This document shows, piece by piece, positions 1-9,881 of a stretch of DNA of 64,000 nt (its first letter is position 1; each line of letters starts with the position of its first letter). Position numbers and translations under genes: made by a program. The DNA lies in the NCBI GenBank assembly GCA_016188915.1, contig JACPGU010000004.1, positions 40,198-104,197 on the forward strand, written 5' to 3'. Source of the DNA: Candidatus Microgenomates bacterium (GTDB lineage: Bacteria; Patescibacteriota; JACPGU01). Below the pieces are notes generated by a model. It had not been told where the DNA came from and did not search any database. It worked only from the letters and a program-made list of their open reading frames with translations.

Positions 1-122
1 AGAAGGATTAAACAAGGTGCTTGACCAAGAATTTTCCCGAGAAGGAGGACATGAAATTTTTTTCCAAAAACTGTTGGAAAAGCTCCAGTCCTCCTGATCT
101 CCGCCTTTTTTTAAAAAAGGCA

Positions 123-160
123 TTCGTCCGGTTAATTGTGCCGGACGGATTTTTTTTGTT
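123..160 (+). terminator. Rho-independent terminator hairpin (CGTCCGG..CCGGACG followed by a T-run)
   Basis: Inverted repeat cgtccgg ttaattgtg ccggacg followed by tttttttt, upstream of murC. Confidence 0.5.
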
Positions 161-187
161 ATTTAGAATATTTATGATAAAATATCT

Positions 188-1696
188 TTGGTTTTTGGTA
201 TTATCAACACTATTTTTATGGCAAGTTTCATCAAAAAAATAAAAGGGGGTTTGAGGAAAAGAATACGACTTTTTTTTCACCCCTACGATCAGCTTTTTTC
301 TGACAATACGACTCGTTGTCATTTCATTGGCATCGGGGGGATTGGTATGAGCGGTCTGGCCCATATCATGAAAGAGAGAGGATTTAGCATTACGGGATCT
401 GACATCTTGGAAAGTTCTATCACCAAAAAATTAGTCAAAGATGGAGTAAAAATTGCCATCGGGCATAAAAGAGTCAATCTGGCTGACTACACAGATGCTG
501 TTGTTGTCTCTTCGGCTATTCCAAAAAACAATCCCGAGATTGAAAAAGCTTTGGAGCTAGGCATCCCTATTGTCAAAAGATCATATGTTTTAGGGCAGCT
601 AATGAAAAAGCAAAGAGGGATCGCTATTTCTGGCACACATGGCAAAACGACCACCACGACAATGATCACTCTACTTTTACAGGCGGCCAAAATGGATCCG
701 GCAGCTCTAATCGGCGGGGAAGTAAAAAATATCGGTGGCAATTTCCTGGCAGGGAAGGGGCAATATTTCATCGCCGAAGCCTGCGAATACGATAGATCAT
801 TTCTCGATTTCTATCCCGAGGTGGCGGTGATTACTAATATAGAAGAGGATCATTTGGATTATTATCGTGATTTGGCAGAAATCAAAAAAGCTTTCAAGAA
901 ATTTGTCGCTAAAATTCCAAAAAAAGGATTACTGATTTTTTCCATGGACGATCGGAATGCTTACGAAGTGGCGCAAGCAGCCAGATGCCATGTTATTGGC
1001 TATGGTTTTAGCAGCAAAAATAGGATGGAGGGTTTGAAAATTGATTCTTATTGGGAGGTAGAAGAAGTAGCGCAAGAAAAAGGCAAAACTAGATTTTCCG
1101 TCAGCAATGGTAAAAAAATGGGAGAATTTATCCTCCATATCCCAGGCAAGCATAATGTTTCCAACGCTTGCGCGTCTATTATTGTCGCTGATTATTTGGG
1201 AATAGACCCTGAAATCATGAAAAAAACTTTGGCCGATTTTTCCGGCACCAAAAGAAGATTTGAAATATTAGGGGAGAAAGGCGGCGTTGTGATTATTGAC
1301 GATTACGCTCATCACCCGACGGAAATCAAAGCGACACTAGAAGGAGTGAAAAAATTTTATAAAGAGAAAAAAATAGTGGCTGTTTTTGAACCGCATCAAT
1401 ACAGCAGAACCAGGCTTTTGCTCAAAGAATTCGGCGCTTGTTTTGATAACGCTGACCTGGTGATTATTCCTGGTATCTACGCGGTACGCGACAGTAAGAT
1501 AGATATCAAAAGTGTGACACCAAAAGATCTGGTTTCTGAAATAGAAAAAAACGGTACTAATGCTATATATATAGAAGGCTACGAGAAAACCATCCAATAT
1601 TTGCAGAAAAACTTAGGAAAAGATACCATTCTTCTCACCCTTGGCGCGGGGAATGTTTATAAAATAGGAGAAGGATATATGGGTCTTCACTTTTAA
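188..1696 (+). CDS. murC: UDP-N-acetylmuramate--L-alanine ligase MurC
   Basis: N-terminal GIGGIGMSGLA nucleotide-binding motif. GTHGKTTTT P-loop. DDYAHHP C-terminal Mur ligase motif. The exact start is uncertain (internal Met codons). Confidence 0.85.
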   Translation: MVFGIINTIFMASFIKKIKGGLRKRIRLFFHPYDQLFSDNTTRCHFIGIGGIGMSGLAHIMKERGFSITGSDILESSITKKLVKDGVKIAIGHKRVNLADYTDAVVVSSAIPKNNPEIEKALELGIPIVKRSYVLGQLMKKQRGIAISGTHGKTTTTTMITLLLQAAKMDPAALIGGEVKNIGGNFLAGKGQYFIAEACEYDRSFLDFYPEVAVITNIEEDHLDYYRDLAEIKKAFKKFVAKIPKKGLLIFSMDDRNAYEVAQAARCHVIGYGFSSKNRMEGLKIDSYWEVEEVAQEKGKTRFSVSNGKKMGEFILHIPGKHNVSNACASIIVADYLGIDPEIMKKTLADFSGTKRRFEILGEKGGVVIIDDYAHHPTEIKATLEGVKKFYKEKKIVAVFEPHQYSRTRLLLKEFGACFDNADLVIIPGIYAVRDSKIDIKSVTPKDLVSEIEKNGTNAIYIEGYEKTIQYLQKNLGKDTILLTLGAGNVYKIGEGYMGLHF

Positions 1697-1719
1697 TTTT
1701 TTACTCCTAACTGTATAAA

Positions 1720-2604
1720 ATGGTGTTTAGGATTTTTAGAAGAAAAAATAGGACATACTTGCCGCGGCAAAAAAGAGTAGAGCAGTATTATCAAACAGAA
1801 AAAAAGAAAAAATTTTCTTTTTCTTTTCGCTCGCCCATAGCCGAGGCGAAAAATTTACCCGGCCAATATGCCAATGCTATTTTTGGTCGGCCATATCGCC
1901 TAATACGAGTATCTTATCTCTATATTGGGATTAGTCTGATTCTGACCCTAATTATTATTTACTTTGTTTTATTTTCTAGTATTTTTCAGATAAAAAAAAT
2001 CACTGTTTCCGGTAATCAGGTTTTACTAGAAGACGATGTCGTTAGTTTTTTGAAAGATCGCAATATTGAAAAGAAAAATATTTTTCTGCTGAATTCTTCT
2101 CAGCTGAAAGGTATTTTAAAAGATTATTATCGTAGGATAGAGGATGTCAGGGTTTATCGTGTTTTACCTTCTAAGATAAAAATAAAAATCAGTGAAAAAC
2201 CCAGTGCTATTATTTGGCGGACGGGGGAGAGCAGGTATCTTTTGGATATGAACGGATTTGTTTTGGGCCAGCCAGAAGAAGGCACTCCGATGCCGGAAGT
2301 GACGGATTTGGCCGCTTTGCCTGTTGGTGATGGCGCGCGAGTAGTGACTAGAACTTTTATTGATTTTGTTAATACGGTAGATGAAAGTTTGAAAAAAAGA
2401 TTTGGCCTAGGCGTTGTGGGCTATAGCATCAATCAAACTACTTTTGAATTAAAGACTCATATCAATAGTGGATTCTACCTGCTTTTTGATACATTGGCCG
2501 ATCCATCGGAACAATTAGAAAAATTGACCAAAGTTTATGAAAAAGGTGAAATCATTAACGAATATGTGATTTTATCAATAGAAGGGAAGGTCATCGTGAA
2601 ATAA
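1720..2604 (+). CDS. ftsQ: Cell division protein FtsQ/DivIB-like (TM plus POTRA)
   Basis: Basic cytoplasmic N-terminus, one TM helix (ISLILTLIIIYFVLF), then a POTRA-like segment (IKKITVSGNQVL...). It sits directly after murC as in dcw clusters. Confidence 0.55.
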   Translation: MVFRIFRRKNRTYLPRQKRVEQYYQTEKKKKFSFSFRSPIAEAKNLPGQYANAIFGRPYRLIRVSYLYIGISLILTLIIIYFVLFSSIFQIKKITVSGNQVLLEDDVVSFLKDRNIEKKNIFLLNSSQLKGILKDYYRRIEDVRVYRVLPSKIKIKISEKPSAIIWRTGESRYLLDMNGFVLGQPEEGTPMPEVTDLAALPVGDGARVVTRTFIDFVNTVDESLKKRFGLGVVGYSINQTTFELKTHINSGFYLLFDTLADPSEQLEKLTKVYEKGEIINEYVILSIEGKVIVK

Positions 2605-2610
2605 GGGCCC

Positions 2611-4305
2611 ATGAATAATACCATTTGGAAAATCACAGACAAAATATCTGCCAAAGCCCAAAAGGCTTTGGCAGATTATGATGAGGTAACCCGCCAATTA
2701 CTTTTCAGTCGTGGCATTATTACAAAAAAAGAAGCAGAAGATTTTTTTCATCCCAACTACGAAGATTTGCCAGATCCCTATTCGATGAAAGATATGGAGA
2801 AAGCGGTAAAAAGAATCATTCGAGCGATAGAAAAAAAAGAAAGAATAGTAATCTATGGAGATTATGATGTGGACGGGATCACCTCTACCGCTTTGCTCTA
2901 TCAAGGATTATTACGCTTGGGAGCTGACGTCAAATTTTATATTCCACATCGTGTCAAAGAAGGCTATGGAATGAATGTGGCTTCTATCGATTTTTTAGCC
3001 GAAGAAGGTACACGACTCATCATCACTGTCGATAATGGCATCAGCGCCCATGAAGAGATAGAGCAGGCCAAAAAATTGGGCATGGATATTGTGATAACCG
3101 ATCATCATGAGATAACCAAAGATGTTCCGGAAGCGTATGCGATATTGAACCCCAAACAAAAAAACGATGCCTACCCCTTTAAGGATCTTTGTGGAGTAGG
3201 GGTAGCCTTTAAGTTAATTTCGGCCTTGGTTATCAAAACGAAAAAAAAAGATTTTTCCCCTGATCAGCTGAAGTGGTATTTGGATTTGGTGGCGCTGGGA
3301 ACTATTTCCGATGTTATGCCATTGGTTGGAGAAAATAGGGCTTTGGTTCATTTTGGTTTGATAGTTTTGACTCAGACAAAAAATATCGGGCTAAAAGCTT
3401 TGGCAAAAATTGGAGGGATTGATTTGAAAAAAAGTAGTCCCTACACGATAGGATTTCAGATCGGACCGAGGTTGAACGCCGCCGGGCGAATGGCGCATGC
3501 CGAGACGGCACTTTCTTTGATTTTGGCGGATGATATTCCGACTGCCGAAATGCTAGCTTTAAGACTGGAAAGATTGAATAGCGAGAGGCAAAAAACCGTT
3601 AAAGAAAGTTTGGAAAATTTGAAAGCTAGCTTTGTTGAAAAAAAAATGACCAAAGCATTGGTTGTTGGGCATAAAGATTGGTCGGCTGGCATTATTGGTT
3701 TGATTGCTGGCAGAATGTCGGAAGAATTTTCCCGGCCGGTTTTTTGTCTGTCTTTGGACGGAGATGTTTTCAAGGGTTCGGTTAGATCGTCTATTAATTT
3801 TTCCGTGATAGAAGCTCTATCGGCTACCAAAGAATGCTATATTGGTTATGGAGGGCATTTCGCGGCGGGAGGATTTTCTATTCTGCCGGAAAATTTTGAT
3901 ATATTTCAAAGTAAAATAATATCTTACGCGGAGAATATTTTGCAAGATGAGGATATGGCAAAAATTTTAATGATTGATATGGAGATTGATGGGGGAGAGA
4001 TTGGAGAAGAATTATTTACCAAAATTCAAAAATTTGCTCCTTTTGGGCAGGGGAATAGAGAGCCGGTTTTTGCGAGCCAATTCAAAATAAAAGAAGCCAA
4101 GGCGGTAGGCGAAGACGGCAAACATTTGAAGCTGGCGCTGTCTTCTGATTCTAAAAATATTTATGGCATTGCTTTTGGTTTGGGGGATTTGGCTTCTCGC
4201 CTCCCCTTTGGGACAGATGTCAAAATAGCTTATAATATTTCGGAAAATATCTGGGGGGAAAGGAGGAGGATAGAGATGAAGGTGAAGGATATAAAGATAG
4301 GATAG
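2611..4305 (+). CDS. recJ: Single-stranded-DNA-specific exonuclease RecJ
   Basis: DHH family motifs (GDYDVDGITS, ITDHHE) and a DHHA1-like region (GGHFAAGG). Confidence 0.8.
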   Translation: MNNTIWKITDKISAKAQKALADYDEVTRQLLFSRGIITKKEAEDFFHPNYEDLPDPYSMKDMEKAVKRIIRAIEKKERIVIYGDYDVDGITSTALLYQGLLRLGADVKFYIPHRVKEGYGMNVASIDFLAEEGTRLIITVDNGISAHEEIEQAKKLGMDIVITDHHEITKDVPEAYAILNPKQKNDAYPFKDLCGVGVAFKLISALVIKTKKKDFSPDQLKWYLDLVALGTISDVMPLVGENRALVHFGLIVLTQTKNIGLKALAKIGGIDLKKSSPYTIGFQIGPRLNAAGRMAHAETALSLILADDIPTAEMLALRLERLNSERQKTVKESLENLKASFVEKKMTKALVVGHKDWSAGIIGLIAGRMSEEFSRPVFCLSLDGDVFKGSVRSSINFSVIEALSATKECYIGYGGHFAAGGFSILPENFDIFQSKIISYAENILQDEDMAKILMIDMEIDGGEIGEELFTKIQKFAPFGQGNREPVFASQFKIKEAKAVGEDGKHLKLALSSDSKNIYGIAFGLGDLASRLPFGTDVKIAYNISENIWGERRRIEMKVKDIKIG

Positions 4306-4367
4306 AAAACAAAAAAATAAAAAACTAAAAAAATATTAATTTCTTATTTTCTTAATTTCTTATTTTT

Positions 4368-5999
4368 TCATCTCATCGTATTGAGTAACGATATTCCCGT
4401 CATCTCGGCGGGCTTTTTGATGTTTAGCAGATCTAAAATAGTGGGGGCGACATCAGACAGAGTGCCGGTTGGCTCCATAATCAGTTCACGAAAGGTAGGA
4501 GAGGCTTTGGTTTTTTTCAAATCTCTGTGCGCCAAAATCAAAGGCACCGGGTAGATATTGTGTTCAGTGTCTACTTCACCTGTTTCAAAATTGATCATCT
4601 CTTCACTATTGCCATGATCAGAAGTGATGATGACAGACCCTCCCAGATCAATAATTTTTTTTGCTATTTTGCCTAAAAGATCGTCTACTTTTTCTATCCC
4701 CCGACAAGTGGCAGAAAAATCTCCAGTATGGCCCACCATGTCAGGATTGGCAAAATTGATGACATAAAAATCTTGTTCGTTTTTTTCTAAACTTCCCAAA
4801 ACTTTTTTAGCGATAGATTCGGCGCTCATGTGGGGCGCTTCATCAAAATTGCCAACTTTTAGAGAAGGGATGATGATGCGCGACTCGTTGGGGTATGGTT
4901 TTTCTTGTCCGCCATTGAAGAAATAAGTGACATGGGGATATTTTTGCGTTTCAGCGATATGCAATTGTTTGAGACCATGTTTGGCCAAGACTTCGGCTAA
5001 GGGATTTTTTATATTATTTTCAGGAAAGATGACGGGGAGACCAAGAGTGGGATCGTATTCAGTCATGGAGGCAATGAAAAGTTTTTTTATTTTTTTCACT
5101 TTAAAACCGCGAAAACGACGATCGGCAAAGGTGGCAACGATTTGCCTCATACGATCGGGACGGAAATTAAAGCAAAGCAAAGCGTCTCCATCGGTAATCC
5201 CAGTGATAGGTTTTTTGTTTTTATCAATTACGGTAGTAGGTTCAATGAATTCATCAGTTTTGCCCTTGGCATAGGCGGAAGCGATAACTTCGCGAATATT
5301 TTGTGTTTTATTGTTTGATGTGCCGATGATAGATTTGTAAGCCAGCTCTGTTCTTTCCCAGATTTTATCTCTATCCATACCAAAATAGCGACCACCGATA
5401 CTGGCGATTTGAGCATCTATTTTCAATTCTTTTATTTTTTTCTCTATATCGAAAATAAAATTTTCAGCGACATTGGGCTGGCTATCGCGACCATCGGTAA
5501 AAAGATGAAGAAAGATTTTTTTTATTTTTGCTTTCTCTGCCCACTCCAAAAGATAGAGGAGATGTTCTATGTGAGAATGGACACCTCCAGCTGAAATCAG
5601 CCCCAAAAGATGCAAATTGCCCTTGGTTTTTTTCAAATGATGGAGTATATCATTCGTCACTGAGTTTTCTTCCAGCGCGCCGTGTTCAATGGCGCGCGAG
5701 ACGCGAAGCAAGGGTTGATAAACAACACGACCGGCACCGATATTCAAATGGCCGACCTCAGAATTGCCGAATTCACCATAGGGTAGCCCTACTTCATTGC
5801 CAGAAGAATGAAGGAGGGTTTTGACAAAATATTTAGCAAGGTAATCTAGATTGGGGGTTTTGGCATGCCAAACAGCATTGCCTTCCGAGATCGGCGAGAT
5901 GCCGAATCCATCCAAGATAACGAGAGCAACAGGATGAGGGATTTTTTCTATTTTGTCGCGATTGGTAATTGTTTTGCCAAAAAAAGAGAACATACCCAT
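4368..5999 (-). CDS. gpmI: 2,3-bisphosphoglycerate-independent phosphoglycerate mutase
   Basis: GLISAGGVHSHIEHL and metalloenzyme-domain motifs typical of iPGM. About 540 aa. Confidence 0.8.
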   Translation of the reverse strand: MGMFSFFGKTITNRDKIEKIPHPVALVILDGFGISPISEGNAVWHAKTPNLDYLAKYFVKTLLHSSGNEVGLPYGEFGNSEVGHLNIGAGRVVYQPLLRVSRAIEHGALEENSVTNDILHHLKKTKGNLHLLGLISAGGVHSHIEHLLYLLEWAEKAKIKKIFLHLFTDGRDSQPNVAENFIFDIEKKIKELKIDAQIASIGGRYFGMDRDKIWERTELAYKSIIGTSNNKTQNIREVIASAYAKGKTDEFIEPTTVIDKNKKPITGITDGDALLCFNFRPDRMRQIVATFADRRFRGFKVKKIKKLFIASMTEYDPTLGLPVIFPENNIKNPLAEVLAKHGLKQLHIAETQKYPHVTYFFNGGQEKPYPNESRIIIPSLKVGNFDEAPHMSAESIAKKVLGSLEKNEQDFYVINFANPDMVGHTGDFSATCRGIEKVDDLLGKIAKKIIDLGGSVIITSDHGNSEEMINFETGEVDTEHNIYPVPLILAHRDLKKTKASPTFRELIMEPTGTLSDVAPTILDLLNIKKPAEMTGISLLNTMR

Positions 6000-6097
6000 A
6001 TTCTTTTGTTTTTATTTTTACCTATTATCTATCATATAAGAAAGATTGTGGCATTGCAATTAGAACATCTTTCGTTGTGATGCTTGGCGTTAAAAAA

Positions 6098-6181
6098 TGC
6101 CGCGGGAGAGACTCGAACTCTCATGATATTGCTATCGCAGGATTTTGAGTCCTGTGCGTCTACCAGTTCCGCCACCGCGGC
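6098..6181 (-). tRNA. tRNA-Leu(CAA)
   Basis: The reverse complement folds as GCCGCGG acceptor stem, anticodon loop CTCAAAA, a long variable arm, T-loop TTCGAGT and discriminator A. The overlapping 72-aa ORF is spurious. Confidence 0.75.
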
Positions 6182-6347
6182 TCTTTGTTGCAAAAACAAA
6201 ATAAATAACAGTGAATAGAAAGAACAAAAGTCTATTGAGATAACTACCAATATATCATAGCAAAAAAATCCTTCAGTTTCAATTTTTATTTTTTTTACTA
6301 TGAAAACAAGTCTTTGCCAAAAGCCGGTATTTTGTTAGAATAGGGCA

Positions 6348-7067
6348 ATGGCTGACGGCTACTACCAAAAAAAAGGACTTATTCCCCATTGGCTCAAAAG
6401 AGAATTGGCGGTTTTTGGCGGAATGTTCGTAGAAAGCTCCAAATTCATCTTGGTGTCTTTTTTGGTATTCGGCACTATTTTTGGCTCTATCAATGGTCCC
6501 GCCATTTGGAATAATGTTCGTTGGTGGTGGTATGTCAATTATGTGGACGATCATTCTGGCAGTTGGTGGGGATTGAAATTGCCCAGCATCGGCGATGACG
6601 CGACGCCGGACAATACTCTTTTTATTCCCAAAATAGGCGTTCAGACACCTATCCAATACTCCAAAACTCGTTTGAACTCCGAAGTGAACAAACTCTTGCT
6701 TGATGGCGTAGTGCATTATGCCGACACTGCCTTGCCAGGAAAGAGGGGCAATGTTTTTATTACCGGACACTCTTCTTTTTACTGGTGGAGCAAGGGAAAT
6801 TATAATAGTATTTTTAGCATTTTGGACAAATTGGTGGTGGGCGATATTGTCTATATCAACTACAATGGCGTTCGCTATACCTACCGAGTAGAAAAAACCA
6901 AAGTAACATTGCCGACTGATCTGTCGGTGCTTTCGCAGGGAGACGAGAACATTTTGACTCTTATGACCTGCACGCCCGTAGGCACTAATTATCGCCGGCT
7001 GATAGTGACAGCCAAACAGATTTCTCCTGCCCCTCCATCGGCTAAAAAAACTTTTTTAAAACTCTAA
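6348..7067 (+). CDS. Sortase family transpeptidase
   Basis: N-terminal TM helix. FITGHSS His region. TLMTCTP (TLxTC catalytic Cys) with a downstream conserved Arg (YRRL). Confidence 0.6.
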   Translation: MADGYYQKKGLIPHWLKRELAVFGGMFVESSKFILVSFLVFGTIFGSINGPAIWNNVRWWWYVNYVDDHSGSWWGLKLPSIGDDATPDNTLFIPKIGVQTPIQYSKTRLNSEVNKLLLDGVVHYADTALPGKRGNVFITGHSSFYWWSKGNYNSIFSILDKLVVGDIVYINYNGVRYTYRVEKTKVTLPTDLSVLSQGDENILTLMTCTPVGTNYRRLIVTAKQISPAPPSAKKTFLKL

Positions 7068-8434
7068 AAAGAGATCAGGGCAAGTGATTTGCCACTATCT
7101 TTTTGCTCTACTACTAGAATAGCCGAAGAACCGACTACGCGAAAATCATAGACGGCAGAATCCGTAATGAGCGTGTTGTTACTACCATCCAGCCGAATGA
7201 GATTGAGGCGATTGTCGGCGGTGTAAAAAAGATAATAATTATTGGCGAATTCTCTCAAATCGCTTAAAGGCTGGCTGATTCTGGTAATCAGTTTGTTTTG
7301 TTTTTCTTTCTTTATTTCATTGGGGTCAAAACGCCATATCTCATAATTGCGGGTATAGTAAATATCGTATCCTTTATCGCCATAAAGTAGGCGAGTCACT
7401 TGATCATTGAGGCTGATAGTCGGCTCACCAGAAGAGAATACGCCGAGTTGGCCGTTATTCAAAATATAAAATTGTCGCCCATTTGCTCCCGGCAAAATAG
7501 TGAAATCATCGCTTGGAGTGAAATCATCAAGGACAAAATCAATCTGCTCTATACTGGTATCGTAGCGAGCCAATTTTTTCTCCGCATTTTGGACAAAGTA
7601 TAAATATTGATTATCTCCGGAGACGGATGAAACATTTTTGACGGCGATATTGATATTTTTTTGCGCTATATTGATCTGGTAAAGATCGCGGCCGTTAGTG
7701 CCAAAAAGTTCATTATTATTTTTGTCCAAGAAAAATATCTCTTCAAAAAAAGGAGAGAAAGAAAAAGCTTGATGGAAATAAAAACCTTCCCTGGTGTCAG
7801 TGTCCAGCCAATAAATAATATTACCAATATCACGGATGAAAATAACGGTTGATCTTTTGCTGTCGCTTGACCAAAAAAAGCGGATATTTTTCGTTTGATC
7901 GGGGATTTTTATGCCTAGATCGTAATCAGTTTTTTTACTTAAATCATAAATATTGACGGAACGATCAACCGTATAAATCATCTTGCGACTGTTGGGAGCA
8001 AAGGAAAAATCTTGAATATTTTTTTCTAAAAGAGATGTTTTTTGGATATTTTCTGGGACAAAGATGATTTTTTCTATTTCAGTAATCAATTCCGGGACGA
8101 TAATAATATGTTCGCGATAGGGGAGATAGCTTTCTTTTTTTATCTCCAGATCGTATTCTCCTGGAAAAAGACTGATGCTTTTGGAATTGTGCCAAATGCT
8201 AGGTAGCAAGCTCTCTTTGAAGGGGGCTGGCTGGCCGTTTATGAAAATATTAGCGCCACCATCCGGGCTTTTGAAGACCAAGAGGCCGGTTTTTTGTACT
8301 TTCCAAGTATGGGTGTTTACTCTATAGCCGGCAGCGTAAAGAGCCAAATACAAACAAAAAACCGACAAAGCAACTATGATAATTGTGGCTATGGTGTAGT
8401 ATAGAGTTTTTTTGAATATTTTTTTCGCGGTCAT
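7064..8434 (-). CDS. Membrane-anchored PEGA-domain / beta-propeller-like protein
   Basis: N-terminal TM helix, a PEGA-like segment (FINGQPAP...PGEYDLEIKKESYLPY), and a repeat-rich C-terminus. Confidence 0.3.
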   Translation of the reverse strand: MTAKKIFKKTLYYTIATIIIVALSVFCLYLALYAAGYRVNTHTWKVQKTGLLVFKSPDGGANIFINGQPAPFKESLLPSIWHNSKSISLFPGEYDLEIKKESYLPYREHIIIVPELITEIEKIIFVPENIQKTSLLEKNIQDFSFAPNSRKMIYTVDRSVNIYDLSKKTDYDLGIKIPDQTKNIRFFWSSDSKRSTVIFIRDIGNIIYWLDTDTREGFYFHQAFSFSPFFEEIFFLDKNNNELFGTNGRDLYQINIAQKNINIAVKNVSSVSGDNQYLYFVQNAEKKLARYDTSIEQIDFVLDDFTPSDDFTILPGANGRQFYILNNGQLGVFSSGEPTISLNDQVTRLLYGDKGYDIYYTRNYEIWRFDPNEIKKEKQNKLITRISQPLSDLREFANNYYLFYTADNRLNLIRLDGSNNTLITDSAVYDFRVVGSSAILVVEQKDSGKSLALISF

Positions 8435-8511
8435 GGCGCCTTTATTATAGCATCTTTTTTACCCCAGACAAACTATCTAGGCAAAACAAACAATGATATA
8501 ATAAGGCTCTT

Positions 8512-9771
8512 ATGGAAAAATTGATAATCTGTGGTGGGAAAAAATTAACAGGCAAGATTTCGGCATCTGGTTCTAAAAACGCGGCCCTACCTCTGATGGG
8601 GGCATCTATTTTGACCGATGAAAAAATAATATTACGAAAAGTGCCGGATTTGGCTGACATTCGCGTAATGATTAAGATATTGCAACATATCGGTAAAAAA
8701 ATATCTTTTCATGGTGGCGTAATGGAGATTGAGCGGGGGAAGGAGACCAAAACAGAGGCTCCTTACGAATTGGTCCGGCAAATGCGCGCCTCAATTATCG
8801 TTTTGGGACCGCTTTTGGCAAGATTTGGCCAATGCCGAGTTTCTTTGCCTGGCGGTTGCGCTTTTGGTCCGCGGCCGGTGGATTTGCATATCAAGGGTAT
8901 GGAAAATCTGGGGGCAAAAATAACTCTTAATCATGGCTATATCTCGGCTAGTGCTAAAAAATTAAAAGGCAAAGAGATGGTTTTGGCGGGAGAATTCGGC
9001 TCATCTGTTTTGGGAACCGACAATGTAATGATGGCGGCAACTTTGGCCGAGGGCAAAACCGTCATCAAAAGCGCGGCTCGTGAGCCAGAATGTGTTGATT
9101 TGGCGGGACTGCTCGTCTCTATGGGAGCCAAAATATCAGGGGCGGGGACAGATACCATCACTATTGAGGGAGTGGACGAATTGACCGGCGCTGACTATAC
9201 TATTATTCCGGACAGGATAGAGGTAGCAACTTATTTGGCGGCGGGAGTGGTGACAGGTGGAGAGGTAACGGTAGAAAATTGCCGTCCGGATCATTTGGAG
9301 AATCCTTTGGATTTTTTAAAAAAAGTAGGATTTGATATTATAAAAGATGAAAACAGCATAAAAATCAGCGGACAGGGCAGGTATCCTTTGAATATCGCTA
9401 CTGGGCCGTATCCTGGTTTTCCTACTGATTTGCAGGCTATTTTTACCGTTATTGCTTGCTTACTCCCAGGTGAAAGTCATATTTCGGAGGGCATTTATTT
9501 AGACAGATTTTCTCATATTTTGGAATTGGCGAGACTCGGAGCCAAAATAGAGTCCAAAGGTTCCAGCATCACCATCAAAGGCAAAAGCAAATTGACTGGC
9601 GCGCCTATCCAAGCCTCTGATTTGCGTTGTGGCGCGGCGCTGGCGCTGGCGGCCTTGATGGCTTGCAACACTACGGAGCTTGCCGGAGTCTATCATATAG
9701 ATAGGGGTTATGAAAATTTTGAAGAAAAACTGAGGAGTTTGGGGGCGGAGATAGAGAGGGAAGGGGATTAG
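8512..9771 (+). CDS. murA: UDP-N-acetylglucosamine 1-carboxyvinyltransferase MurA
   Basis: KNAALPLMGASILTDE, a catalytic Cys-containing PGGCAFGPRPVDLH region, and EPSP-synthase-fold repeats. Confidence 0.85.
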   Translation: MEKLIICGGKKLTGKISASGSKNAALPLMGASILTDEKIILRKVPDLADIRVMIKILQHIGKKISFHGGVMEIERGKETKTEAPYELVRQMRASIIVLGPLLARFGQCRVSLPGGCAFGPRPVDLHIKGMENLGAKITLNHGYISASAKKLKGKEMVLAGEFGSSVLGTDNVMMAATLAEGKTVIKSAAREPECVDLAGLLVSMGAKISGAGTDTITIEGVDELTGADYTIIPDRIEVATYLAAGVVTGGEVTVENCRPDHLENPLDFLKKVGFDIIKDENSIKISGQGRYPLNIATGPYPGFPTDLQAIFTVIACLLPGESHISEGIYLDRFSHILELARLGAKIESKGSSITIKGKSKLTGAPIQASDLRCGAALALAALMACNTTELAGVYHIDRGYENFEEKLRSLGAEIEREGD

Positions 9772-9780
9772 TTAATTTTT

Positions 9781-9870
9781 GAATTTTGTAATTTTTAATT
9801 TTTAAATAAATCTTAATTTTTAATGTTTAAAAATTTGAATTTAGAAATTATTTAAAAATTACAAAATTCA
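9781..9870. repeat. AT-only 18-bp perfect inverted repeat (GAATTTTGTAATTTTTAA / TTAAAAATTACAAAATTC) with about 54-bp spacer
   Basis: Read directly in the murA-glycosyltransferase intergenic region. Possibly a terminator or operator. Confidence 0.6.
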
Positions 9871-9881
9871 AAATTCTAAAT

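Noticed and set aside
8-364. 118-aa minus-strand ORF and a 73-aa plus ORF at the window start
   Set aside because: They overlap the murC start and its upstream terminator. They have a low-complexity composition and no supporting motif.
6032-6250. 72-aa minus-strand ORF
   Set aside because: It exactly overlaps the tRNA-Leu(CAA) gene. The ORF is spurious.
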